DNA of 15,925 nt from an uncultured Nitrososphaerota archaeon (GTDB taxonomy: Archaea > Asgardarchaeota > Njordarchaeia > Njordarchaeales > Panguiarchaeaceae), in NCBI GenBank assembly GCA_964636085.1, contig CAZWPQ010000043.1, positions 1 to 15,925 of the forward strand, read 5' to 3'. Below are positions 9,201 to 15,925 of the stretch, piece by piece (the stretch's first letter is position 1; each line of letters begins with the position of its first letter). A program made the position numbers and the translations under genes. The notes under the pieces were generated by a model. That model was not told the DNA's origin, searched no databases, and worked only from the letters and a program-made list of their open reading frames with translations.

Positions 9201-10363
9201 GGGCAGTAAACTATACACTTAACCAATCATCTATATTGTTGAGTACCTATCCATATGTCTATTATGTAAATGTCTCAGATATCGGACAAGGATTCTGTGT
9301 ATTGAGTATAGAAATATATGACAACTCCACATACAGGTTCATCCTATACTTCACTGTCGATGTATCCGCACCCACAATCAACATAGATATGCTAAACGGG
9401 ACATGGCTCAATCAAAGTGGTGTGATATCCATTACTATAGAGGACTCAAATCCATGTGAGACATATATCTATGCGAATGAAACCATTGTACTCATATCTA
9501 ATGAATCAACTATCTTAGTAAATGTAAGCGAACTCAACATCGATGATGGTTACTACAATATAACCATAATGACAATAGATGCAGCAAATAATACTGCCAC
9601 CGTTACGGTACTCTGCTATATCGATACAACGGCCCCCCAGCTCTTGGTTAGCATACTGAACAGTAGTTATACAGCGACAAATGAAATAGGTATCGAAATG
9701 AGTGACAATATGGGTCTTTATCTCCTAAATATCTATATTAATGGAACATTAGCCGCCAATATAACCCTGTCGGGGCAAGAATCCGCATACCTGCTCAACA
9801 TAAGCTCACTTGATGATGGCATCTACGAGATCGAGTTAACCTTATTGGACAGGGCTGGAAATCAATACCTTGTTAGATATGTCTTCATCCTAGATAGAAC
9901 CCCACCAATCATACAACAAGTAGTATACAAGGAAAATGTGTCCATTGCAGATGGATATGTCTACATAGTAATAGAGGCCGAAGATAACTTCGAGGTCAGA
10001 TCTGTCATTGTAGAATTCACATACAACAATACTATATATAACGTTACGGCCGTAGGAATGGACACAGACAAATATTATGTGGTCATCCCAATAACTGGAT
10101 TAGGAATAATAGAGTTCAAAATAATCGCAATAGATGCCTGCGGAAATACAATCGAGTCCCCATTATATAGCATAAATATCTACAGCACAACACAGACACA
10201 CATAACTACAACGACACAAATAACTACACAGTTAAAGGAAATATCGACAATCACGTACGCATTATTGATCATCGTAATTCTAGCATCAACAATTACAGTG
10301 GTTGTATACATACGGAGCCAAGCACTCAAGAAAAAGATAACACAAATGGAGGCTGCCGAATAG
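6254..10363 (+). CDS. NosD/parallel beta-helix repeat surface glycoprotein with about 4 C-terminal Ig-like domains, Thr-rich linker and TM anchor
   Basis: Start refined to TTG 6254 (GAGGTGA 5 nt upstream; MKEVIAVLLVLLFAPLA signal peptide). Contains beta-helix repeats, the cap GNYWSNAIVDDLDMDGISDTPY, Ig-like repeats (DDGYYNITIMTIDAANN...IDTTAP, DDGIYEIELTLLDRAGN...LDRTPP), a STTQTHITTTTQITT linker and a TM helix followed by RSQALKKK. Confidence 0.9.
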   Translation: MKEVIAVLLVLLFAPLADIAAISGPNPKNIRAVKETPSPKISIEPSNVIYSLIRSDLYIGERRNRFRALQGSLPPVNGTWIINQSIVLENETIILNGSIIIVENGSLMLKNSTLYFNVTYNGEYNITIEAGGNLTAISSRLGSYDGTNKFCIFAKNGSALRLVDTNISDVGFDIYNPGILVETQNVFSINVRITNSYIGYFISDTENISIVGGYLDCSYAGIYINGSSNISMDNIFIDVSLNTYGVYIIYSSNITLMDSNMTTNGYAGIDIRNSSNIIIHGCRLYGGARSKQISIINSTDVYIATNSFLAKIVNRYGTVYQYSVYVENSTRIHIHDNEFVGFIRHYDLSPSGNVARLYQYCVYITKSRILEIKNNYILANITNDFDLPFFNYDFIVYQYCIYITESINSEIQINKFSEYVNVHGAAVAPPFGSPPKLRINYYGIYTNTLNNSFIHNNKYFYSCLQPHGFTLTRTYILFYSSHSIRLQSCEFINATTYLQPVTLKYCSNVSIYNLSIDNTPYIYLYRCDNTTINITTIARSDTAIKISYSSNIRILNSYLYDCRVAISIISSNDTSIINIRISNCRYAIHVSQSLGVYLINTRIYDSGFRILDAESFNSTEAINSLYNDEPLVILDVSTNISLSGGTYGALLVGFSGGTITNVISKYIYIYRCSNLTLKSITVRSNAIGIHLELSDSIELLDLLLEDLGTALMMNYSSNVYVYGIDLSGCNVGISIYSSSVVTIIDTWIYDTIAGIRINGTDVRNISILDSNIYGCSYGLYLLNASSIIVGNSTFSECSFGIYISPKSPNATISLAIENNRFVSNTIAIYIGTAGSIIIHNNVIYDNDVGLYVDSSENTYNLNITFNNFTDNIRSLIIYGSGVIVYGNVFMSNINPNIVYVEPGQVVSFNFSYFGNYWSNAIVDDLDMDGISDTPYLVTGNYYDYYPIALRPIIIFDEGLLCGVENYSFINTDHIVVVFISFGGAVNYTLNQSSILLSTYPYVYYVNVSDIGQGFCVLSIEIYDNSTYRFILYFTVDVSAPTINIDMLNGTWLNQSGVISITIEDSNPCETYIYANETIVLISNESTILVNVSELNIDDGYYNITIMTIDAANNTATVTVLCYIDTTAPQLLVSILNSSYTATNEIGIEMSDNMGLYLLNIYINGTLAANITLSGQESAYLLNISSLDDGIYEIELTLLDRAGNQYLVRYVFILDRTPPIIQQVVYKENVSIADGYVYIVIEAEDNFEVRSVIVEFTYNNTIYNVTAVGMDTDKYYVVIPITGLGIIEFKIIAIDACGNTIESPLYSINIYSTTQTHITTTTQITTQLKEISTITYALLIIVILASTITVVVYIRSQALKKKITQMEAAE
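10195..10228 (+). repeat. Two-copy in-frame tandem repeat (period 18 bp) encoding the Thr-rich linker
   Basis: GACACACATAACTACA at 10195-10210 and GACACAAATAACTACA at 10213-10228. Confidence 0.6.
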
Positions 10364-10419
10364 TTTTCCAGATTTCTATTTTTCTATAGAAAATCATTCC
10401 TCAACAAAATCAGGAAAAC
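10363..10419. terminator. Nested inverted repeats between convergent genes; probable bidirectional terminator
   Basis: GTTTTCCAGATTT (10363-10375) and AAATCAGGAAAAC (10407-10419) are 12/13 complementary, with an internal perfect 14-bp palindrome TTTTCTATAGAAAA (10380-10393). Confidence 0.5.
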
Positions 10420-10423
10420 CACA

Positions 10424-11632
10424 TCATAATACGGATTTAGCTATCATCCTTGTTGTTTGTTCTATCATACTCTTAAGCATTTCTGGTAACTCTGGGAGCT
10501 CTACTCGCATGAATCCCCTAACTAGGATTGCCTCGGCCTCATCCCTGCTGAAACCTCGTGCCATAAGCCATATTATTTTTTCCTCAGATAGTTTACCCAC
10601 AGCCGCCTCATGCGTTAGGGATACATCATCGAATCTGGCTTCCAATATCGGTGTCGTGATTATTTCTGAATTATTAGAAAGCAAGAGCCCTTGGCAATCT
10701 ATATGTCCCCTTACTCCCTTTGCCAACCCCACTATTTTTGCTCTAGCTATTATCTCGCTCCTATCCCTTGTAATGGATCTTGATATTATCTGCCCATTAG
10801 ATCCCTCACCTTCTAGGTTTAATAGATACCCACTATCCGCAATTGCACTACCCTTGAGAGCTATAATCGACGACAAATATGCCTTAGCATTCCTCTTCAG
10901 GACAACCACAGGCATCGACTGAAAAGTTCTTAGTTTTGTAAACGCTATATAGTGGGAGGAAAATACTCCCTCCTCCTCAACAACAACACCAGTTCTCGGT
11001 CTAATATGCATAGCTTCACCCCAATTATGTATCATCACATAATTTACTCTCGCATGCTTACCGACATAAATCTCTGTAATACCCGCATGGAGTCCCACCG
11101 TCTCCCTCATGGCCGTGCAGCCAGTAACTATACTTACCTCACTATTCTCCTCCGCTATTATTATGTTATGGGGTGCTTGAAGAGACCCCTGCATTTGCAT
11201 CAATAAACATGCTTGTATAGGAATCCTGATCCTGTGGCCCTTCTTTACTCTTATGAAGTATCCTCCAGAGCCCTTTAGCTCTGCGACTGCTGTATATTTG
11301 TCTGTGTCTACTCTTACAGCATTCCAGTAGTATTCTTTGATATCGTCGCCATATTTATCAATAGCGTCTTCTAGGCTCAATATTTCAATTCCTGGTTGTT
11401 TGGCAACCACACTAACAACAGTACTATCGAACTGATAAAAACTTCCAGCCCTGTCCTTATCCTCGATATCTATGCCTACTCTTCCCAGGATATCTCCAAA
11501 TTTCTCTACTTGAATATCCTTTGCTTTCATTGGTAGGTATTCTGCAATATTTATGTCTGGGCCCCACTTGGCTGGTTTATCTATGCTTCTCTTCGCCAGT
11601 TCTATATACTTCTGTCTCCAATCCAAACTCAT
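10424..11632 (-). CDS. sufB: SufB/SufD-family Fe-S cluster assembly scaffold (archaeal SmsB type)
   Basis: Motifs PIQACLL, HNIIIAEENSEVSIVTGC, HAGITEIYV, GHIDCQGLLL and LTHEAAVGKLSEEKIIWLMARGFSRDEAEAILVRGF. Start refined to ATG 11632 with SD GGGGTGA at 11638-11644 (402 aa). Confidence 0.93.
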   Translation of the reverse strand: MSLDWRQKYIELAKRSIDKPAKWGPDINIAEYLPMKAKDIQVEKFGDILGRVGIDIEDKDRAGSFYQFDSTVVSVVAKQPGIEILSLEDAIDKYGDDIKEYYWNAVRVDTDKYTAVAELKGSGGYFIRVKKGHRIRIPIQACLLMQMQGSLQAPHNIIIAEENSEVSIVTGCTAMRETVGLHAGITEIYVGKHARVNYVMIHNWGEAMHIRPRTGVVVEEEGVFSSHYIAFTKLRTFQSMPVVVLKRNAKAYLSSIIALKGSAIADSGYLLNLEGEGSNGQIISRSITRDRSEIIARAKIVGLAKGVRGHIDCQGLLLSNNSEIITTPILEARFDDVSLTHEAAVGKLSEEKIIWLMARGFSRDEAEAILVRGFMRVELPELPEMLKSMIEQTTRMIAKSVL

Positions 11633-12365
11633 GGATTTCACCCCTATAACGTTTTTCACACATGCTGAAGCCGAACTCTAATATATGGCTTGTCAGTGTT
11701 TTTGCATCGCCTTGGCATATTATTCTGCCCCCCATCAACACGTATGCTCTTTTGGCATTGACATGTTTCGATAAAAAGCCAGTATGGGTTATTACCAATG
11801 CTCCTTTCAGACCATAATCCATCATTCTCGTTATGGCTTTACCTATTAGGGCAATGCTGTCCGGATCAACCCCTGAATCCGGCTCGTCAAAAATAACAAA
11901 CTTTGGTGACTGAAGAGCGGTTAGGAATATCTCAGCACGCTTTCTTTCCCCACCAGAGAAACCGACATTTATTTGTCTATCCATCAGATCATCAAGCTCC
12001 AATATCCTAACAAATTCATGCAACCTCTCCTCAGGGATAGCATATCTATTGACTATTTCGTTGGCCAATTCCCCCAGCGTTATCCCTCTTATCTCTGGGG
12101 CAAACTGGAAAGTCAATGTTATTCCAAGCTGAATGCGCTTCCCCATATCTAGATCTGTTATATCTCGGCCATAGAAAAATATTTTGCCTCCCTCAATTCT
12201 ATAATTTGGATGACCAATTATCGCCATCGCCAAAGAGGTCTTTCCACTACCATTAGGCCCGAGCAGAAAATTTATTTCTCCCAAACCAATATCCATATCT
12301 ACGCTATTTATAACTTTCTTCGAATCTACAGATACACTAAGGCCCCTTACGCTCAAAAGATACAA
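11577..12365 (-). CDS. sufC: SufC-family ABC ATPase of Fe-S cluster assembly (SmsC type)
   Basis: Walker A GPNGSGKTS, signature NVGFSGGERKR, Walker B VIFDEPDSG and H-loop ITH. TTG start with GGGTGA SD, directly upstream of sufB. Confidence 0.93.
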   Translation of the reverse strand: MYLLSVRGLSVSVDSKKVINSVDMDIGLGEINFLLGPNGSGKTSLAMAIIGHPNYRIEGGKIFFYGRDITDLDMGKRIQLGITLTFQFAPEIRGITLGELANEIVNRYAIPEERLHEFVRILELDDLMDRQINVGFSGGERKRAEIFLTALQSPKFVIFDEPDSGVDPDSIALIGKAITRMMDYGLKGALVITHTGFLSKHVNAKRAYVLMGGRIICQGDAKTLTSHILEFGFSMCEKRYRGEIHEFGLETEVYRTGEEKHR

Positions 12366-12661
12366 AGAGAGTCACCCAACTAATAACGGTTAATCAGCAT
12401 ATTTTAAGCACAGATTATAAAATTCCAAGAGTGATAATTAGAGCAATGGTACCCAAAAATCACCGTGTACAATAGACTCCATGTGAAGCCTAACAATACA
12501 AGCTAGAACAACACATAGAGCAGACAGTGATGCAAAACAAAAGCAATACAGCAGTCCATATCGGCCATACATCAAAATATTAAAAAATAGCCACAACTAT
12601 CTGGGAAAAAAAGAAATCATGCACAACAAGACCTTCTGATCATACAATCATAAAAAATGTT

Positions 12662-13912
12662 TTAGAAGAAGAATAATATGAACTGAAGTAGTCCCATTTG
12701 GATCCATATGATTATTATTCCTATAATTTTTGCAAGCTGCATTAGGCCAAATGGTAGTGACCTAATTTTTTTCGCATAATCTATCGCTGTTTCGACTTCT
12801 CTAACATCGTTTATTATCTTACTGCGTAGCTCTGGATCATCAGTTGTCATGAATTTGAGAAAACTTATCTCATAGATTGACTCTAATAGTGTTATTAACC
12901 TGTGTTTGTAGCGCTTAAGTATTCTGTATAGAAATATCTGTGGTAACATGAAGATAAGTATTCCGAGTATTATTAATACTAGGCCGTATAGAATCATTGT
13001 GTAAAACCAATATATGTTTACTATTTCTATGACTGCTCCCATGATGAATAGGGATAGGTTATAGATGAGTGCAAAGGATATCACTATTATGCTTATTCTA
13101 GCAAGGAAGCTAGCCACAGAATCAGCGAACTTGAGGAATATATTATATCTCCCCCGTTCAAATAGACCCTTTATACGCTCGTACATTTTTCCACTTTCGA
13201 TTTTGTGGATATCATACCTAACAGTCTCAAGCATATCTAATACACTAGTTATTGCGAAGTCATCATAAAATTTATGTAGTCTCTTAAGCGATATTATTAC
13301 GCGGAGAACAAATAATATGGAGGATGCAATAATTATCCAGAAGATAAACAAGTACATTTTGAACACTACGTTACCTATAATGGTTAGTGGGGGCCTATAG
13401 ACAGTATCCCAAGCACAGAATGATATCCTTAACGCCTCAATAATATTCTTCTTTGCAATATAGTTGGGCAAAATATCCAGAAAGCATGTATATCCTATGA
13501 TCCCAGAGATCACTGCATATTTCAGGTCTGAGCTAGGAGTAATAACTCTATATATTTCCTTCTTGGCATAGTTATGGAAGCTCTCTCTATCTTTAAATAT
13601 TAGGGACATTCTGAAATATTCGACCTCAATACGAAGAACACCAGTCAGTCCTAGATAGTCCTTAAATATGGAGCCTATGATTATTCCCAAATAAAAAATC
13701 ATTGCCGAGAGAAATGTGGATGCACAAAGGTGAAAATATACAGTACTAGTGGGGTAACCAGCTATGTATTTATAGCCGGATGCCACAAATATAGGATATG
13801 TAACAATTATCAAGAAAAGGATTTTCCTCCTTCTGAAAATTAATGTATAAAACGCGGGAGGCTCTCTTTTTGTCTGTTCTATAAAACCTTCATATAGATC
13901 TACCCATGTCAT
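12662..13912 (-). CDS. Uncharacterised 7-TM membrane protein (candidate 7TMIC / OR-GR-like fold)
   Basis: Seven hydrophobic segments, a basic FRRRK before TM1, long charged helical loops after TM4 and TM6, and an LPF motif before the terminal helix. Start refined to ATG 13912; its SD GGGTGA contains the upstream stop codon. Confidence 0.8.
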   Translation of the reverse strand: MTWVDLYEGFIEQTKREPPAFYTLIFRRRKILFLIIVTYPIFVASGYKYIAGYPTSTVYFHLCASTFLSAMIFYLGIIIGSIFKDYLGLTGVLRIEVEYFRMSLIFKDRESFHNYAKKEIYRVITPSSDLKYAVISGIIGYTCFLDILPNYIAKKNIIEALRISFCAWDTVYRPPLTIIGNVVFKMYLFIFWIIIASSILFVLRVIISLKRLHKFYDDFAITSVLDMLETVRYDIHKIESGKMYERIKGLFERGRYNIFLKFADSVASFLARISIIVISFALIYNLSLFIMGAVIEIVNIYWFYTMILYGLVLIILGILIFMLPQIFLYRILKRYKHRLITLLESIYEISFLKFMTTDDPELRSKIINDVREVETAIDYAKKIRSLPFGLMQLAKIIGIIIIWIQMGLLQFILFFF

Positions 13913-13917
13913 GGTTC

Positions 13918-15143
13918 TCACCCTATAATGGCCGAGATTATGGATAATCCTCCAGATATTATTGCTAGGAAGACCATCTTTATGTAGTCTGATATCTGAA
14001 GCGGAAATGTCGGCATTCCTTCGAAAAACATGAGTCCCCTGTAAACCATGTGGAGTTGGTTACCATAATAGCGTTTTTGCTCACCTGTAGATGCGATATA
14101 CCTAAGTAATGTGCCCTCATATAGATCTTGTAGCAGGAAAAGAAAGCGTGTTTTGTATCGTTTCAGTATTCTCCAGTAGAAAATTAGGGGATATGTACAT
14201 ATGATCAACCCAACAATAGGAATAATCCTGTTATCGGCAAGACTACGATCAATTTTATTCTAGAACCCTCCGGAATGTTAATAAACGTTTGCCATAAATA
14301 TGCTATCGTAAATACTACCGATGTATAAATGCTTGCAAGAATGATGAGTAACCCGACCTTGAGGTAGAACGAAGCATAGTTCCTAGATATTTCCCTGAAA
14401 TCTATAAAGAAACTTCTTACCTCTTGAAGATCCATACGTGTTTTCTCTCCTCCCGCGATGGACTCCATCTCAACTATTATGTCTGATATTCTGAATTCCT
14501 TTTGTAGTTTTTTTATTAGGAAAAGCCCTCTAAACATTTTCACTATCATTATCGTAGCCATCATAATAAAGAAGAGTGCAAAAGCCCACAGGAAATCAAA
14601 CACAAGCAAACCTAACAGCCAATAGAAACCACCATAATATTTGTCCAATCTACAGAATCTATCCGTAAGGCCTGCATAGCCCCGAGAGTATAATATGTAT
14701 GCTTTTTCCAGGAATGGAGCCGTACAACATATCACCCCAAACAATATCTTCATCCATTTCTTAACAGAAAACGCATCATTAATAGCTACCTTCTTGTATT
14801 CTTGGTAGACCGATAAATCCTTAAAAATATTGAGATACATTAGCTCGTTCTCTCTACAAAAAAGGTTTACAAAGCTCCTAATTATGATTCTCATAAACAC
14901 CACAATGGCGAAGGCAGAGAATATCATCATTACTGCGCCGTAAGTAGCTATATTTATGGTCATATCATAGATGAACATTTCGTGATTAGCATAGTACCTT
15001 AGTAGAGATGATAGGGCAACGGCAAATACAACAGGAATAACTGTTCTCTTATATGATATCAGCACACCATACTTTATTATAGGATTGGGGTCCTTTTTCA
15101 AAACGGGAAAAATTTCTCTTTTCAAAAGATCCGAAAATGACAT
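13918..15143 (-). pseudogene. Paralogous 7-TM membrane protein split by a 1-nt frameshift near 14209-14211 (true pseudogene or sequencing error)
   Basis: The 312-aa and 96-aa ORFs join as ...GLFLLLG|LIICTYPLIFYWRILKRYKTR, matching the neighbour's LVLIILGILIFMLPQIFLYRILKRYKHR. Adding one G to TTGGGTTG restores a single ~408-aa ORF. SD GGTGA at 15151-15155. Confidence 0.8.
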
Positions 15144-15253
15144 AAAAGACTCACCAAACTTATAACAAAATCTTTTTTAGAAATATACTATAATAAACCT
15201 ATGTATATAAAATAATAGGCACAAAAATTTTAAAATCTAAAAGTTTTTAAGTC

Positions 15254-15365
15254 TGTCCCTTATGGAACACCCTCACGAAGCTTCAGGTGGAAAGCATTTA
15301 AGATACACAACACAAAGTTTATTATTGGGTGTTGGGTGGCATAGGGACATAATCTTCGATATGTC
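15254..15365. other. Structured intergenic element (candidate ncRNA or decayed mobile-element end)
   Basis: TGTCCCTTATG (15254-15264) pairs with CATAGGGACA (15340-15349), and AACACCC (15266-15272) pairs with GGGTGTT (15327-15333). An alternative hairpin is GACATA..TATGTC (15346-15365). Confidence 0.3.
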
Positions 15366-15620
15366 TGCTTTTAATCGCTGGCTATGTTTAGCATATGTTA
15401 TTATCATTCGCCCATCGTTGTGGGTTCTGTTCAATGGGAGAGGTGGAAGCTCGTGGGGATAGACAAAACAAAGAACATCAAAGCCTAGATTAAACAGGAG
15501 CAGCCTCTATAAAAAATCAAAATTTCTATCTGAACATATACATTTTTTTAAAAAAAGGATATTATAGTTATTACCAGATACATCATTCGATATTTTATCG
15601 CGAATTAACGGTGAATCTCA

Positions 15621-15925
15621 ATGCCAGAAATAGGCACACCTCGTATTAGTGTAAAGAGTTCATATATCTCCTTTGAATATGGAAATATTAAGGGAAAAGG
15701 AGATGCTGAAGTGATAGTAGATGACAACGGAATCCAAGTGATCGGCAAGAAGAAAACAGGCATACTTAGTAGTGAGCCATTCTCAATTCTAATTCGATGG
15801 GACGAGATTAAAAGAGTTAAGTATGAAAAGAAAGGCTTACTAAGACTACCTAAATGCATCAGAATAGTCCTTGATAGCGGCCCCGATTTCATAATAAAAT
15901 TTACTGCTAAAGGAATTGACACAGG
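15621..15925 (+). CDS. 5' part of a hypothetical protein with a PH-like (bPH/GRAM-like) domain; runs off the window end
   Basis: SD GGTGA at 15610-15614, ATG at 15621, open to the end of the window: MPEIGTPRISVKSSYISFEYGNIKGKGDAEVIVDDNGIQVIGKKKTGILSSEPFSILIRWDEIKRVKYEKKGLLRLPKCIRIVLDSGPDFIIKFTAKGIDT. The IxWxEIxxV pattern is typical of PH-like folds. Confidence 0.75.
   Translation, partial: MPEIGTPRISVKSSYISFEYGNIKGKGDAEVIVDDNGIQVIGKKKTGILSSEPFSILIRWDEIKRVKYEKKGLLRLPKCIRIVLDSGPDFIIKFTAKGIDT

Noticed and set aside
2512-10363. Annotation as true nosD of nitrous oxide reduction
   Set aside because: There are no nosZ/F/Y/L genes nearby, and the proteins are much larger and membrane-anchored; only the fold is shared.
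99-13268. Short antisense ORFs (99-314, 617-847, 2498-2854, 2782-3069, 2910-3104, 4685-4915, 5147-5338, 5735-6025, 6181-6393, 6991-7242, 8062-8253, 10509-10922, 10952-11206, 13065-13268)
   Set aside because: They lie opposite long, well-supported genes and show no recognisable motifs.
12662-15143. Rhodopsin or GPCR-like assignment for the 7-TM proteins
   Set aside because: No recognisable retinal-binding helix-7 motif, and the apparent N-in topology with long helical loops after TM4 and TM6 does not fit these folds.
15262-15462. 66-aa + strand ORF
   Set aside because: It has no SD and an atypical composition, and the region is better explained as structured non-coding sequence. A leaderless small gene cannot be fully excluded.
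15543-15556. T7A7 palindrome upstream of the PH-like gene
   Set aside because: Low complexity; most simply a promoter or terminator AT tract.
15605-15922. 105-aa - strand ORF from the ORF track
   Set aside because: It is the antisense shadow of the + strand gene at 15621, which has an SD and a more protein-like sequence.
1-15925. CRISPR array, tRNA/rRNA, transposase or integrase
   Set aside because: No regularly spaced repeats, cloverleaf or rRNA-like segments, or recombinase motifs were seen.

Overview
AT-rich archaeal chromosomal DNA, judged from GGTGA/GGGGTGA Shine-Dalgarno motifs 5-7 nt before most starts, TATA-like boxes and many N-glycosylation sequons. The lineage cannot be fixed from this window. 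From left to right: (1) three secreted, C-terminally anchored surface proteins: a Cys-rich protein of four Ig-like repeats and two head-to-head NosD/parallel beta-helix (CASH-like) proteins; (2) a minimal two-gene Fe-S assembly operon, sufC-sufB (SMS type, smsC-smsB), whose ATPase lacks the third Cys of the C-terminal motif and overlaps sufB; (3) two tandem, coupled, paralogous 7-TM membrane proteins, the upstream one split by a 1-nt frameshift; (4) a structured, locally GC-richer intergenic element; (5) the 5' part of a + strand PH-like-domain gene absent from the ORF track. The best novelty candidate is the 7-TM pair, whose helix and loop layout resembles the insect odorant/gustatory-receptor-like 7TM ion channel (7TMIC) fold. 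All family assignments are by eye; no searches were run.
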